Source of the DNA: an uncultured Gemmatimonadota bacterium
GTDB lineage: Bacteria > Gemmatimonadota > Gemmatimonadetes > Palauibacterales > Palauibacteraceae
Direction: 5' to 3'
Length of the DNA: 64,000 nucleotides
NCBI GenBank assembly: GCA_964509895.1
Contig: CAZDZJ010000135.1
Span: forward strand, 1,674-65,673
This document shows positions 19,929-30,119 of this stretch, one piece after another. A model generated the notes under the pieces. The model was not told where the DNA came from and did not search any database. It was given only the letters and a program-made list of their open reading frames with translations. Each line of letters begins with the position of its first letter. The stretch's first letter is position 1. The translations under genes and the position numbers were made by a program.

Positions 19929-20114
19929 CAGGCCGTGGCAAAAGCCCCGCTACGTTCGAGCGGCGCTGCATCTCGCCTGAAACGCTGCGCTCTGCGTCGC
20001 TCCTCGGTCAAATAGCGGTGCTATTCTCCGTCGTCGCTCCTCTCCCCAGAGGGGCCCCCGCCGAGCGCTTCACCGCTCTCGGCGCTGACGCGGGGTTTTG
20101 CCACGGCCTGCTAG
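19925..20114. mobile_element. MITE-like palindromic element, terminal type A (190 bp)
   Basis: Terminal inverted repeats ctagcaggccgtggcaaaa(g)ccccgc / gcggggttttgccacggcctgctag; CTAG at both ends; central hairpin aatagc-ggt-gctatt. Confidence 0.85.
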
Positions 20115-20156
20115 TCTACTGCCACAGAAGTCCTCGGGTGGTCGACCGACCTTGCT

Positions 20157-20573
20157 TCAGGAGCGTGATTCGGGCACCGGAGGTACGACGAGTTCGAGTT
20201 CCGTGTAGCGGGCGATCGTGCCGAAATCGCGGTTTCGGGCCAGCAGCGGGCGTCGCGCACCCACGGCTGCGGCGGCGACCATGCAATCGGTCATGGACCG
20301 AATCGTCCACCCCGCGCGCCGGCAGGTACGATAGATCCGCGCCGCGCTCCGGAAGTGGCCCAGCGAGTCGGGGATCACGATCTCGAAGCGGCCGAGCAGT
20401 TTCAACAGATCCAGCTCCTCGGATTCGCTGCGACAGCCTGCGAGGAGTTCCATGACCGCTGGAGCGGGCGTGGCGATCGCGCCTCCCGCCTGTACGGCGT
20501 CGTCCAGGCAGAGGTCGAAGGGGCTCTCCGTGCGGCGCAGGTATTCGATCCACGCGGATGTGTCGACGATCAC
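20157..20573 (-). CDS. vapC: PIN-domain toxin VapC
   Basis: [31 protein letters not shown]; GTGA overlap with antitoxin. Confidence 0.9.
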   Translation of the reverse strand: MIVDTSAWIEYLRRTESPFDLCLDDAVQAGGAIATPAPAVMELLAGCRSESEELDLLKLLGRFEIVIPDSLGHFRSAARIYRTCRRAGWTIRSMTDCMVAAAAVGARRPLLARNRDFGTIARYTELELVVPPVPESRS

Positions 20574-20986
20574 AGGAGTTCGACCGTGTTGCCGTCCCGC
20601 ATCTCGTCCAGGTCGCCCGCCCAGCCCACACCCCGCATGGCGAGCGCCTCCTCCTTCGTCATTGGGACGAAGGACTGGCGGACCACGGCCTCCGCCACGG
20701 CCGCTGACCAGTTGGCCAGTCCGTACCGCCGGCGCACCGCCTCCAGATCTTCCTCCGGCAACCTCACTTCCAGATCGACGAACCGCAGGAGCCCCTCCTC
20801 GGCCGCTCCGTAACGTGGGCCCGTCTCCCGGACGGCATTGGCGCCTCCACCCCGCAACTCGCGCTCGCGGGCGTCTCGCAGCACGCGCCGCACCCACGCG
20901 GATACCGTGACGCCGTTGCGCCGCGCCGCGTCGCGGATCTCGTCCAACTCCGCCTCCGGCATCACCACCTGCAGTCGCGTGCTCAT
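20570..20986 (-). CDS. vapB: VapB-type antitoxin with additional N-terminal ribbon-helix-helix domain
   Basis: [21 protein letters not shown]; C-terminal [22 protein letters not shown] VapB-like tail; directly upstream of PIN toxin. Confidence 0.75.
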   Translation of the reverse strand: MSTRLQVVMPEAELDEIRDAARRNGVTVSAWVRRVLRDARERELRGGGANAVRETGPRYGAAEEGLLRFVDLEVRLPEEDLEAVRRRYGLANWSAAVAEAVVRQSFVPMTKEEALAMRGVGWAGDLDEMRDGNTVELL

Positions 20987-20990
20987 AACA

Positions 20991-21007
20991 TGAGTATGAT
21001 ATACTCA
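20991..21007. promoter_or_regulatory. Palindromic operator of vapBC overlapping the -10 box
   Basis: TGAGTAT-gat-ATACTCA perfect 7-bp arms, 4 nt upstream of the antitoxin ATG. Confidence 0.7.
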
Positions 21008-21037
21008 CGCGCGCATCGCAAACGCCGGGGTCGGAGG

Positions 21038-22042
21038 TCAGTCTTCGGAGAAGGCGGCGTCGAAGGCGGTGGCGGAGGGCGGGAAGGTCAGGGCCCGGAG
21101 CCGTTCGCAGGCTTCGCGGGCGCCGTGTTCGCGGTCCATGCCGCTGTCCTCCCATTCGATCGACAGGGGACCGTCGTAGCCGGCGCGGTCGAGGGCGCGC
21201 AGGACCTCCTCGAAGTCCACGCGCCCGCGCCCGATCGAGCGGAAGTCCCAGCCGCGGTCCGCGTGCCCGAAGTCGAGGTGGCCGCCGAACACGCCGGAGC
21301 GGCGCGGCGTGTCCGACCACCACACGTCCTTCATGTGGGCGTGGTGGATGCGGTCGCCGAATTCGAGGATGAACCCGACGTAGTCCACGCCCTGGTAGGC
21401 GAGGTGGCTGGGGTCGTAGTTGAAGCCGAACGCGGCCCGGCCGTCCACCGCTTCGATCGCGCGGGCGGCGCTGCTCGCGTCGAACGCGATCTCCGTGGGG
21501 TGTACCTCGAGGGCGAACTTCACGCCGGCGGCGTCGAAGGCGTCGAGGATCGGATTCCAGCGGTCGGCGAAGTCGGCGAACCCCGCTTCGACGAAGGCGG
21601 GCGGGTGCGGGGGGAAGGCGTAGGCGGCGGCCCAGATCGAGCTGCCGGTGAAGCCGTTCACGACCGGCACGCCGAGCGCACCCGCCGCCGCGGCCGACCG
21701 GCTCATTTCCGCCGCGGCCCGCCGCCGCACGGCCTCGGGGTCGCCGTCGCCCCACACGCGCGCCGGCAGGATGAGCTGGTGGCGGGCGTCGATCGGATCG
21801 CACACGGCCTGGCCGACGAGATGGTTGGCGATCGCGTGCACCTCGAGGCCGTGGGACGCCAGCAGGTCGCGCTGCCCGGCCGCGTAGCCGTCCTCCTCCG
21901 TCGCGCGCACCACGTCGAAGTGGTCGCCCCAGCAGGCGAGCTCGAGCCCGTCGTAGCCCCACGCGGCTGCCTTCGCGGCGAGCGTCGCCAGCGGCATGTC
22001 CGCCCACTGGCCGGTGAACAGCGTGATCGGTCGGGTGCTCAT
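21038..22042 (-). CDS. Sugar phosphate isomerase/epimerase (xylose-isomerase-like TIM barrel)
   Basis: [49 protein letters not shown]. Confidence 0.9.
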   Translation of the reverse strand: MSTRPITLFTGQWADMPLATLAAKAAAWGYDGLELACWGDHFDVVRATEEDGYAAGQRDLLASHGLEVHAIANHLVGQAVCDPIDARHQLILPARVWGDGDPEAVRRRAAAEMSRSAAAAGALGVPVVNGFTGSSIWAAAYAFPPHPPAFVEAGFADFADRWNPILDAFDAAGVKFALEVHPTEIAFDASSAARAIEAVDGRAAFGFNYDPSHLAYQGVDYVGFILEFGDRIHHAHMKDVWWSDTPRRSGVFGGHLDFGHADRGWDFRSIGRGRVDFEEVLRALDRAGYDGPLSIEWEDSGMDREHGAREACERLRALTFPPSATAFDAAFSED

Positions 22043-23226
22043 CGCGTGGCCTCCCCCGGCTCCCCCGGCGGCTCGTAGCTTGCGTCCACCCACGCGCCGC
22101 GCCGCCCGCTCTCGACCGCCCGTTCGAGGAAATGGACCCCCCGCGCCCCGTCCCACACCGTGGGGAAGTCGAGGTCCGCCTTGTCCGGCGTCCGCCCCTC
22201 CTCGAGCGCTGCGATCGTCGAGATCACGTTCCGGTACAGGTTCCCGAACCCTTCGATGAACCCTTCGGGGTGCCCGGGTGGGACCCGCGAGGCACGGGCG
22301 GCCGCGGGCGAAACCCAGCCGTGTCCCCGGCGCCTGGTGCGCGCCCGGCCATCCGGCGTCCGCAGCCAGAGCGTCTCCGCGTCGTCGTGCCGCCAGGCGA
22401 TGGAGCCCTCGCTTCCGAACACGCGGATCGCGAGCCCGTTCTCCTCGCCCGCCGCCACCTGCGACACCGTCAGCGTGCCGCGCACCCCGCCGCTCCAGCG
22501 CATGAGCAGGCTCGCGTCGTCTTCGAGGCGCCGCCCCGGGACGAACGTCGTCAATTCTCCGCACAGCGCCTCCACCTCCAGCCCGGTCACATAGCGGGCC
22601 AGATGGTGCGCGTGCGTCCCGATGTCGCCGAGCGCGCCCGCCACCCCCGCCCGCCCCGGGTCGGTGCGCCACACGGCCTGCGGGTGCCCCGTCTCCTCGA
22701 GCGGCGTCGCCAGCCACCCCTGGAAATACTCGAGCTGAATTCGGCGGATCTCGCCCAGCGTCCCGCCGCGCACCAGGTGGCGCGCGTCCTTGATCATGGG
22801 ATAGCCGCCGTAGTTGTGCGTGAGCGCGAACACGCGATCCCCCGCGGCCACGAGCCGGCACAGCGCCTCCGCGTCCCCGAGATCCGTCGTCAGAGGCTTG
22901 TCGCACACGACGTGGAAGCCCGCATCGAGGAACGTCCGTGCCACATCGAAGTGGAGGTGGTTCGGCGTGACGACGATGACGAAGTCCAGCCGCTCGTCCC
23001 CGTCACGCGCCGCCTCGCGCGCCGCCATCTCCGCGTAACTCCCGTAGACCCGGCCGGCGTCGAGTCCGATCTCCGCCCCCTTCGCCGCCGACCGCTCGGG
23101 GTCCGACGAGAAGGCGCCGGCCGAGATGCGCGCGAGGCCGTCGAGTTCCGCGGCCATGCGGTGCACGTCTCCGATGAAGGCCCCGGGTCCGCCCCCGACC
23201 ATCCCGTAGCTGAAGCGGCGCGTCAT
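22039..23226 (-). CDS. Gfo/Idh/MocA family oxidoreductase
   Basis: [39 protein letters not shown]. Confidence 0.92.
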   Translation of the reverse strand: MTRRFSYGMVGGGPGAFIGDVHRMAAELDGLARISAGAFSSDPERSAAKGAEIGLDAGRVYGSYAEMAAREAARDGDERLDFVIVVTPNHLHFDVARTFLDAGFHVVCDKPLTTDLGDAEALCRLVAAGDRVFALTHNYGGYPMIKDARHLVRGGTLGEIRRIQLEYFQGWLATPLEETGHPQAVWRTDPGRAGVAGALGDIGTHAHHLARYVTGLEVEALCGELTTFVPGRRLEDDASLLMRWSGGVRGTLTVSQVAAGEENGLAIRVFGSEGSIAWRHDDAETLWLRTPDGRARTRRRGHGWVSPAAARASRVPPGHPEGFIEGFGNLYRNVISTIAALEEGRTPDKADLDFPTVWDGARGVHFLERAVESGRRGAWVDASYEPPGEPGEATR

Positions 23227-23233
23227 CCGTGCG

Positions 23234-24712
23234 TCATCCGACGTCCGGCTCCGTCCCGATTCGGACGGCCCGGTATCCGCCCGCCCGCCGGTCGCGCATG
23301 CGGATGATGCCGAAGATCAGGATGAGCACGGCCGTGATCGGCACGAGGCGCCGGAAGGAGACCCGGCCCCCGTAGTTGTCCGCCGGCCCGAGGATCGCAT
23401 TCGCCCGCGCCACCAGGGCTTCGTCCCCCCCGGAGTCGATGATCGCCCTGAGCGCATTCGCCGTGACCGACACCGGGAGCCCGCCATCCGGTCCGACGCC
23501 GGCGAGGGCCTCGCCCACCGCTTCACGCGCCGCGGCCAGGTCCGGGGCGGTGCGCTCGTCTGCCCCCGCGAACGCCATCGACGCCTCCGTCAGGAGCGCC
23601 GTCGTCTCGACCACGGGAAGGCGCTCGTGCCCCTCCTCATCGGCGATCCGCCCCATCCAGGGCGTCGTCCACAGCCCGACCACCGCCATCCCGGTGGCCC
23701 CCATCATCCCCAGGCCGAGGGCCCCGGAGCGCGGGACCCGCTCCGACACGAAGCCGAGCATGGTCGGCCAGAAGTAGCACACCCCGACCGCGAACACGGT
23801 GGCCGAGGCGAAGGCCATGACCGTCGTTTCCGCGTAGCTCAGCCACAGCAGTCCCAGGACGGAGACCGCCGCGCTCGCCGACAGCACGCCCGTCGGCGAC
23901 AGGTTCTCGACGGCGAACCCCGCCTTGTAGCGCAGGATCGCCATCAGGCCGTTGATCCACGCGAGCACGAGGATCCCGGGAATCCCGCCCGCCTCCAGCA
24001 CCGCCGGCACCCAGCGGTTCGGCCCCAGTTCCGTCGACGCCGTGATCGCCATGCAGAACAGCATCAGGATCATCAGAGGCGTCATGAAGGTGGCCCTGAA
24101 CATCTCCCCCATGCCGACCCCCGCCCGCACGCCCTCCGTGGGCGGGAACTCCTCGCGCCACATCAGGTGTCCGTAGATGAGGGTCGGGATCAGGATGAGG
24201 CCGATCTTCAACTGCCACGCGGTGAGCCCCGCCGCGTCGAGCCCGAATGCGAGCACGGAGCCGATGACGATCCCGCCCGGGAACCAGACGTGGAACTGGT
24301 TCAGCTTGACCGTCTTCCGGTCCGGATAGAGCGCCGCCACGAGCGGGTTGCAGGCCGCCTCGACGAGCCCGTTCCCCAGCGCCAGCGTCAGCGCCCCGAT
24401 GAACGCCTGCCACAGGCCGCCGGCCGTGACGAGGACCAGCGCCCCCACCAGGTGACACCCGAACGCGAGCCGCAGCAGGAAACGCATGCCGAGCGTGTCG
24501 CAGAACGGCGCGAAGACGACCTGCGACACGGCGAAGCCCCAGATCGCCGCGCCGCCGATGAGGCCCACCTCGTAGTTGGTGAGCGTGAACTCGCTCTTCA
24601 GCGTGAGCATGACCGCGCCGACCACCGCGAAGGTGACGGAGGTCGCGATCAGCGACACGCAACTGCCCAGGAAGAGCCGCCCCGGGCGGACGGCCGACGA
24701 GGTCGTGTTCAC
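23234..24712 (-). CDS. MFS transporter (probable sugar/glycoside)
   Basis: 12-TM profile; GNGLVEAACNPLV, LNQFHVWFPGGIVIG, YFWPTMLG. Confidence 0.88.
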   Translation of the reverse strand: MNTTSSAVRPGRLFLGSCVSLIATSVTFAVVGAVMLTLKSEFTLTNYEVGLIGGAAIWGFAVSQVVFAPFCDTLGMRFLLRLAFGCHLVGALVLVTAGGLWQAFIGALTLALGNGLVEAACNPLVAALYPDRKTVKLNQFHVWFPGGIVIGSVLAFGLDAAGLTAWQLKIGLILIPTLIYGHLMWREEFPPTEGVRAGVGMGEMFRATFMTPLMILMLFCMAITASTELGPNRWVPAVLEAGGIPGILVLAWINGLMAILRYKAGFAVENLSPTGVLSASAAVSVLGLLWLSYAETTVMAFASATVFAVGVCYFWPTMLGFVSERVPRSGALGLGMMGATGMAVVGLWTTPWMGRIADEEGHERLPVVETTALLTEASMAFAGADERTAPDLAAAREAVGEALAGVGPDGGLPVSVTANALRAIIDSGGDEALVARANAILGPADNYGGRVSFRRLVPITAVLILIFGIIRMRDRRAGGYRAVRIGTEPDVG

Positions 24713-24853
24713 GGAAAACTCCTCGGATGGGGTCGGCGGGCACGCTAGCGCCGCCTCGTTCGCCGCCGCAACGGCGCGGCAACGCCCGCCACCCTACCGG
24801 CCGGCGAACGCTCCGTCCTATTGTTCCCCGAGTCCAAGAACCAGGAGGATCCC

Positions 24854-27202
24854 GTGATACGTCCTACGATTCCCGGCCCGTCCGCCCTCGCGCTGGCCGC
24901 CCTTGCGATCGTCTCGTCGGCCCCCGTAGCGGCCGCCCAGTCCCGGCCCCACGCGCCGGAGTCGGTGAGCGCGAGCGAGTACGCGCGCGCGGAGCAGTTC
25001 CTGTTCTGGAACGCGGAGAAGCTCACGTCGGGTGTGACGGTCGCCCCGCAGTGGGTCGACGCGAACCGCTTCTGGTACCGGAACCAGGTGTTCGGCGGGC
25101 ACGAGTTCATCATGGTCGATGCCGCGGCCCGCACCCGCGCGCCCGCCTTCGACCACGACCGGCTCGCCGCCGCGCTCTCCGAGGCCTCCGACGCGAGCCA
25201 CGAAGCCACGGACCTCCCCTTCGACGCGTTCGAGTTCAACGACTCCGGCGGGATCCGCTTCTGGACGGACACGTACGAACGCTGGGACTGCGATCTCGGC
25301 GCCTACCGCTGCGCCGGACCGGACTCGGTCGCCGAGGCCACGCATGAGATCGAGTACTCCGGCGGCGGACGCGCCGTCTTCTCGCGGGACGAGAACCTGT
25401 GGGTGCGGGACACCGATACCGACGAGGAGCGCCAGCTCTCGACCGACGGCGAATCGCACTGGGGCTACGGCGTCGCGCCGGAGGGCTGCTGCTCGGAGAT
25501 CTCGAACCGCCGCCGCGGGTTCAAGCCGCCGCCCGTGGCCGAGTGGTCGCCGGACGGCCGCCGCATCGCGACCCACCGCTACAACGAGCAGGATGTCGAA
25601 TCGCTGCACCTGCTCGAGACGGCCACCGGCCGCCCCATCCTCCACAGCTACAGGTACGCGCTCCCCGGCGACTCCATCGTCCCGACGTGGGAGCTGTACG
25701 TGTTCGACGCCGAGACGGGCGCCTCGGTGAAGGCCGACTACGATCCGGTGCCCGGCTACTTCGGGAGCGCGGACACCACCTGGCACGCCACGCAGTGGTC
25801 CCCCGACGGCGACCGTCTCTGGTTCTCGCACCACTCGCGCGACTTCAAGAACCAGACGCTGGTCGAGGTCGACGCGGAGACGGGCGCGGCGCGCAAGGTG
25901 ATCGTCGAGAGCGGCGACACCTGGGTGGAACTGAACCAGCTCCGCACACCCTACAACTGGCGCGTGCTCGACAACGGGCGCGAGTTCGTCTGGTTCTCCG
26001 AACGCGAGGGCTGGGGGCACCTCTACCTGCACGACCTCGCCACCGGAGAGATGAAGAACCGCATCACGCAGGGCTCCTGGCTCGTCGTCCAGCTCCTGGC
26101 CGTCGATGAGGACGCGCGGCAGGTCTACTTCACCGCCGTCGGCCGCGAGCCCGGACGCGACCCCTACATGCACCACCTCTACCGGGCCTCGCTGGACGGC
26201 GGCGGCGTGACGCTGCTCTCGCCGGAAGACGCGCACCACGCCGTCTCCGCCTCACCCGACGGCCGCCATTTCGTGGACACCTGGTCCACGCGCTCGACGG
26301 CTCCGCTCACCGTTCTCAGGGACCGCTCCGGGCGCGCCGTGATGACGATCGAGCAGGCCGACATCGGCCCGCTGCTCGAAGCGGGCTGGGAGCCCCCGGT
26401 GCGCTTCTCCGCCAAGGCGCGCGATGGCGTGACGGACGTGTACGGCTACCTCTGGCTGCCGGCGAAGATGGAGGAGGGGACGGTCTATCCCGTCATCGAC
26501 TACGTCTATCCCGGCCCCCAGATCGGCCCCATCCGGACGCCCGGGTTCACGACGGGGCCGCGGGGACAGGGTCACGCCTTCGCCCAGCTCGGGTTCATCA
26601 CCTTCGCCGTGGACGCCATGGGGACGCCGTACCGCTCGAAGGCGTTCCACGAGAGCTACTACGGGAACATGCGGGACAACGGGATTCCCGATCACGTGTC
26701 GGCGCTCAAGGCGCTCGCCCTCCGCTATCCGATCGACATCGACCGGGTGGGGATCTTCGGCCACTCCGGGGGCGGATTCTCCTCGACGGACGCCATCCTG
26801 ACCTTCCCGGACTTCTTCAAGGTCGCGGTGTCGGGGGCGGGGAATCACGACCAGCGGGGCTACCACTTCCCGTGGGGGGAGAAGTACCACGGCCTCCTGG
26901 AGCGCTACGACGACGGGACGGACAGCTTCGATTCGCAGGCGAACCAGAACATCGCCTCGAACCTGAAGGGGAAGCTGCTGCTCCACTACGGGTCGCTCGA
27001 TGACAACGTGCACCCGAACATGACGCTGCTCGTGGCCGACGCCCTCATGGAGGCGAACAAGACGTTCGACATGCTCGTGTTCCCGAACCGGAACCACGGC
27101 TACGCGCGCGAGCCGTACCTCATCCGGCGCACCTGGGACTACTTCGTCGAGCACCTCATGGGCGCCGAACCGCCGGTCGACTACAGGATCGTCCAGCCGT
27201 AA
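24854..27202 (+). CDS. S9 family (DPP IV-like) secreted peptidase
   Basis: AGGAGG SD before GTG; signal peptide; GHSGGG nucleophile, DDNVHP, PNRNHG triad. Confidence 0.9.
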   Translation: MIRPTIPGPSALALAALAIVSSAPVAAAQSRPHAPESVSASEYARAEQFLFWNAEKLTSGVTVAPQWVDANRFWYRNQVFGGHEFIMVDAAARTRAPAFDHDRLAAALSEASDASHEATDLPFDAFEFNDSGGIRFWTDTYERWDCDLGAYRCAGPDSVAEATHEIEYSGGGRAVFSRDENLWVRDTDTDEERQLSTDGESHWGYGVAPEGCCSEISNRRRGFKPPPVAEWSPDGRRIATHRYNEQDVESLHLLETATGRPILHSYRYALPGDSIVPTWELYVFDAETGASVKADYDPVPGYFGSADTTWHATQWSPDGDRLWFSHHSRDFKNQTLVEVDAETGAARKVIVESGDTWVELNQLRTPYNWRVLDNGREFVWFSEREGWGHLYLHDLATGEMKNRITQGSWLVVQLLAVDEDARQVYFTAVGREPGRDPYMHHLYRASLDGGGVTLLSPEDAHHAVSASPDGRHFVDTWSTRSTAPLTVLRDRSGRAVMTIEQADIGPLLEAGWEPPVRFSAKARDGVTDVYGYLWLPAKMEEGTVYPVIDYVYPGPQIGPIRTPGFTTGPRGQGHAFAQLGFITFAVDAMGTPYRSKAFHESYYGNMRDNGIPDHVSALKALALRYPIDIDRVGIFGHSGGGFSSTDAILTFPDFFKVAVSGAGNHDQRGYHFPWGEKYHGLLERYDDGTDSFDSQANQNIASNLKGKLLLHYGSLDDNVHPNMTLLVADALMEANKTFDMLVFPNRNHGYAREPYLIRRTWDYFVEHLMGAEPPVDYRIVQP

Positions 27203-27230
27203 TCCCCCCGGGCGACGGCAGCCCTGAACA

Positions 27231-27272
27231 CGTTCCCGCGGGAACGCCCGGCCTCCGCCTCGGGGCCGGGCG
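27231..27272 (+). terminator. GC-rich palindrome plus hairpin downstream of the S9 gene (possible terminator/stability element)
   Basis: Perfect 16-bp palindrome cgttcccgcgggaacg followed by cgcccggcc...ggccgggcg; no U-tract. Confidence 0.3.
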
Positions 27273-27345
27273 AACCGCTTGTCAGCCCCCCTCATCCGGC
27301 GCACGTTCAGCCGGAACGCGGCCCGACCCTTATCCGGAGGATCCC

Positions 27346-28872
27346 ATGCGCGCCCCCGATCGAACGTTCGTCACGCACCTGTGCTGTGCGCTTTCCCTCT
27401 CCCTGATCGGCCTCTCGGCCTGTGCGCCGGAGGACGCCGGCGAGGCCGGCGGGGACGAAGGCTCCGGCGAGACGCTCGCCGAGCGCCTGATCGCGCGCGG
27501 GGAAACGCTCGAGCTTCCGACGGAGTGGGATCCGCCGCCGGGCGAGCCGATCGTGCACCACACGGCGGGCTTCGCGAAGACGCTCTGCTCCGGGACGTTC
27601 ATCACGGGTCTGGACTGGCGCGACGCGGCGGCGAACGTGGGCGGCTTCACGGCGCCCTTCCAGCACCGTGGCGCGGTCGTCGACACGGTGGTCGACATGG
27701 AGGCACAGACGGTGAGCCTCACCCTCGGCTCGGGGATCACGCGCACGGCGAAGCTGTACGGCAGCCAGGGCTGCATCACGCACCCGCTGGGCCGGGACTC
27801 GATCTACTTCACGCCCTCCGTGGTCGAGCCGATGACCCCGGATCCCGCGACCACGCCGTGGCCCATGGGGGACGTCCTCCCGGACGAGCCGTTCCCGCCC
27901 GAGATCGACATGGAGAAGGTCGGGCAGGCGGTCGAGATCGCGATGGACCAGGAGGGGAAGACGCTCGGCTTCGTCGTCACATACAAGGGGCGGATCATCG
28001 GCGAGGACTACGGTCCGGGCGTCGACATGCACACGCCGTTCGAGAGCTGGTCGAAGGGGAAATCGCTCACCGGGACGCTGATGGCCGTCCTCATCCAGCA
28101 GGGCGTGTACGGCCTGTGGCAGCGCGCCCCGATCCCCGAATGGCAGGATGACGCAAGGAAGAACATCCGCATCGCCGACATCATGCGCATGTCGAGCGGG
28201 ATCCGGATCGTGGCGCCGCAGGACCCCGGCTATACGGAGGAGATGGGGTATCCCGACCACCTCTATCTCTACACGGGCGAGAACGCCTTCGAGTGGGCGG
28301 CCACCCGCCCGCAGCAGTGGGAGCCGAACACCGTGGGGCGGTACCGGAACACCGACCCGGCGCTCACGAACTACCTGGTCCGCCTCGGCGTGGAGGGACG
28401 CGGCGAGGACTATCACGCCTTCCCGCAGCGGAACCTGTTCGACAAGCTCGGGATCCGGAACTTCATCATGGAGACGGACCCGAACGGGAATTTCCTCACG
28501 CAGGGCTACGAGTTCGGCTCCGCGCGCGACTGGGCGCGGCTCGGCAACCTCTACCTGCAGGACGGGGTGTGGGAGGGCGAGCGCATCCTCCCGGAGGGCT
28601 ACGTCGACTACGCGATGGAAATCGCGCCGGCCTGGATCGCGGACGGACGGCCGACGTACGGCGGCGGCTTCGTGTGGAAGGACCTCGGCTTCCCGATCGA
28701 GGACGACTACGGCGCCTTCGCCGGGGCAGGTGGACAGTACACGGTCTTCGTCCCCGCGCGCGGCCTCGTCATCACGCGCCTCGGCAAGTACACGGGCCAG
28801 GGCCCCGGCGGGGACAACCTGGACGCCGCCATCGCCCTGCTCATGGAGGCCGTGCCCCCGATCAGCGACTAG
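27346..28872 (+). CDS. Serine hydrolase, beta-lactamase (class C-like) family lipoprotein
   Basis: Lipobox LSAC; SKGK (SxxK), YRN, ARDWARLG, GAGGQY. Confidence 0.85.
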   Translation: MRAPDRTFVTHLCCALSLSLIGLSACAPEDAGEAGGDEGSGETLAERLIARGETLELPTEWDPPPGEPIVHHTAGFAKTLCSGTFITGLDWRDAAANVGGFTAPFQHRGAVVDTVVDMEAQTVSLTLGSGITRTAKLYGSQGCITHPLGRDSIYFTPSVVEPMTPDPATTPWPMGDVLPDEPFPPEIDMEKVGQAVEIAMDQEGKTLGFVVTYKGRIIGEDYGPGVDMHTPFESWSKGKSLTGTLMAVLIQQGVYGLWQRAPIPEWQDDARKNIRIADIMRMSSGIRIVAPQDPGYTEEMGYPDHLYLYTGENAFEWAATRPQQWEPNTVGRYRNTDPALTNYLVRLGVEGRGEDYHAFPQRNLFDKLGIRNFIMETDPNGNFLTQGYEFGSARDWARLGNLYLQDGVWEGERILPEGYVDYAMEIAPAWIADGRPTYGGGFVWKDLGFPIEDDYGAFAGAGGQYTVFVPARGLVITRLGKYTGQGPGGDNLDAAIALLMEAVPPISD

Positions 28873-29035
28873 TGTAGTGTCGCAGAAATCCTCGAGGCAC
28901 CGAGAGTGCCGGGGCGCCGGCCTCCGCAAGGCGCTCCGACGAGCAATAGCCGTACTATTGCGAGGAGGAGCAACGCCGCGGGGACGGATGCAGCGGCGCT
29001 CGAATGACCGCAGGATTTCTGCGACACTACACTAG
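28869..29035. mobile_element. MITE-like palindromic element, terminal type B (167 bp)
   Basis: Perfect 24-bp TIR ctagtgtagtgtcgcagaaatcct / aggatttctgcgacactacactag; central hairpin gcaatag-ccgta-ctattgc; lies between convergent genes. Confidence 0.9.
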
Positions 29036-29920
29036 GCCGGTCGGGCCGCGCTCCGCGGCCAGGCGCCGGGCGCGAGGACCGAGGTCGGGGGCGTCGAGGA
29101 TGGTGGCGACGAGTTCGAAGTCGTCGCGGGGGCCCGTCCATTCGAGGTCATCGACGCTCGCTGACACCGGGGCGTCGCGGACGAGTGTGGCGAGGTGGCG
29201 GAAGAGGAGCGCGTCTTCCAATCCGCCACGCAGTGTCCGGGCGAGGCGTTCGGGGCCCCGGACCGAGACATCCCAGTCTCGCCCGTCCGAGGGGATGTCA
29301 TCGATGCGGCCATAGCGGGCCAGCACCGCAGCGGCGGTCTTCGCGCCGAAGCCGCGGATGCCGGGGAAACCATCCGCGGAATCTCCGACCAGGGCCAGCC
29401 AGTCGGGGATCGCGGCGGGTGCGACGCCGAACTTCTCGATGACGCCGGTCTCGTCGCGCAGCAGGCGCTGCCGCCGGTCGAACTGCACGATGCGGTCGCC
29501 CTCCACGCACTGGGCGAGATCCTTGTCGGGCGTGCAGAGGAAGACGCGCTCCACGCGCGGGTCCGCGGCGGCCATCCGGGCGCCGGAGGCCATCCCGTCG
29601 TCCGCTTCGTGCTCCACCATCGGCCACACGACGAACCCCGCCGAGGCGAGGGCCTCCTCGACAAGCGGGAACTGCGAGTAGAGCGCCGGATCGATCCCGC
29701 TGCCGTCCTTGTAGCCGGGCCACAGGTCGTTGCGGAACGACTCGATGACGCGGTCCGTGGCGATCGCGACGTGGGTGGCGCCGCCCTCGAGGAGCCCGAG
29801 CATCGAACCCACCACGCCGCGCGCCGCCCCCACCTCGTGGCCGCCCGCGTTCTTCGCCGAGGGCGCTCCGTAGAAGTGCCGGAACAATTCGTAGGTGCCA
29901 TCGATGAGGTGGACCTGCAC
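29027..29920 (-). CDS. Stand-alone 5'-3' exonuclease / flap endonuclease
   Basis: HLIDGTYELFR, SFRNDLWPGYK, EADD, DKDLAQ, LVGDSADGFPGIRGFGAKTA (H3TH). Confidence 0.9.
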   Translation of the reverse strand: MQVHLIDGTYELFRHFYGAPSAKNAGGHEVGAARGVVGSMLGLLEGGATHVAIATDRVIESFRNDLWPGYKDGSGIDPALYSQFPLVEEALASAGFVVWPMVEHEADDGMASGARMAAADPRVERVFLCTPDKDLAQCVEGDRIVQFDRRQRLLRDETGVIEKFGVAPAAIPDWLALVGDSADGFPGIRGFGAKTAAAVLARYGRIDDIPSDGRDWDVSVRGPERLARTLRGGLEDALLFRHLATLVRDAPVSASVDDLEWTGPRDDFELVATILDAPDLGPRARRLAAERGPTGLV

Positions 29921-30119
29921 GCGAACCCGACCTCCGCTGATTCTCTCGCTGGCGACTGCCCCCCGTCCCGATCCCCGCCCCGGAAGCGTCGTGGTCCGGA
30001 GCGCCGCGTGCAACGGGCGGGTCCGGGGACTGGTGCCGGGGGGGCGCCGGTGTACCTTTGGTGGCCTTCCGCCGGCCCCGTTGGCCGGCCGCGGTTCCGC
30101 TCGCTGCGAGGCGTTCGAC

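Noticed and set aside
28869-29035. Elements as CRISPR repeats or as peptide-coding in-frame inserts
   Set aside because: Copies are dispersed with no repeat-spacer periodicity and no cas genes. Open frames across them are expected at this GC content, and the type B net length (163 bp) is not a multiple of three.
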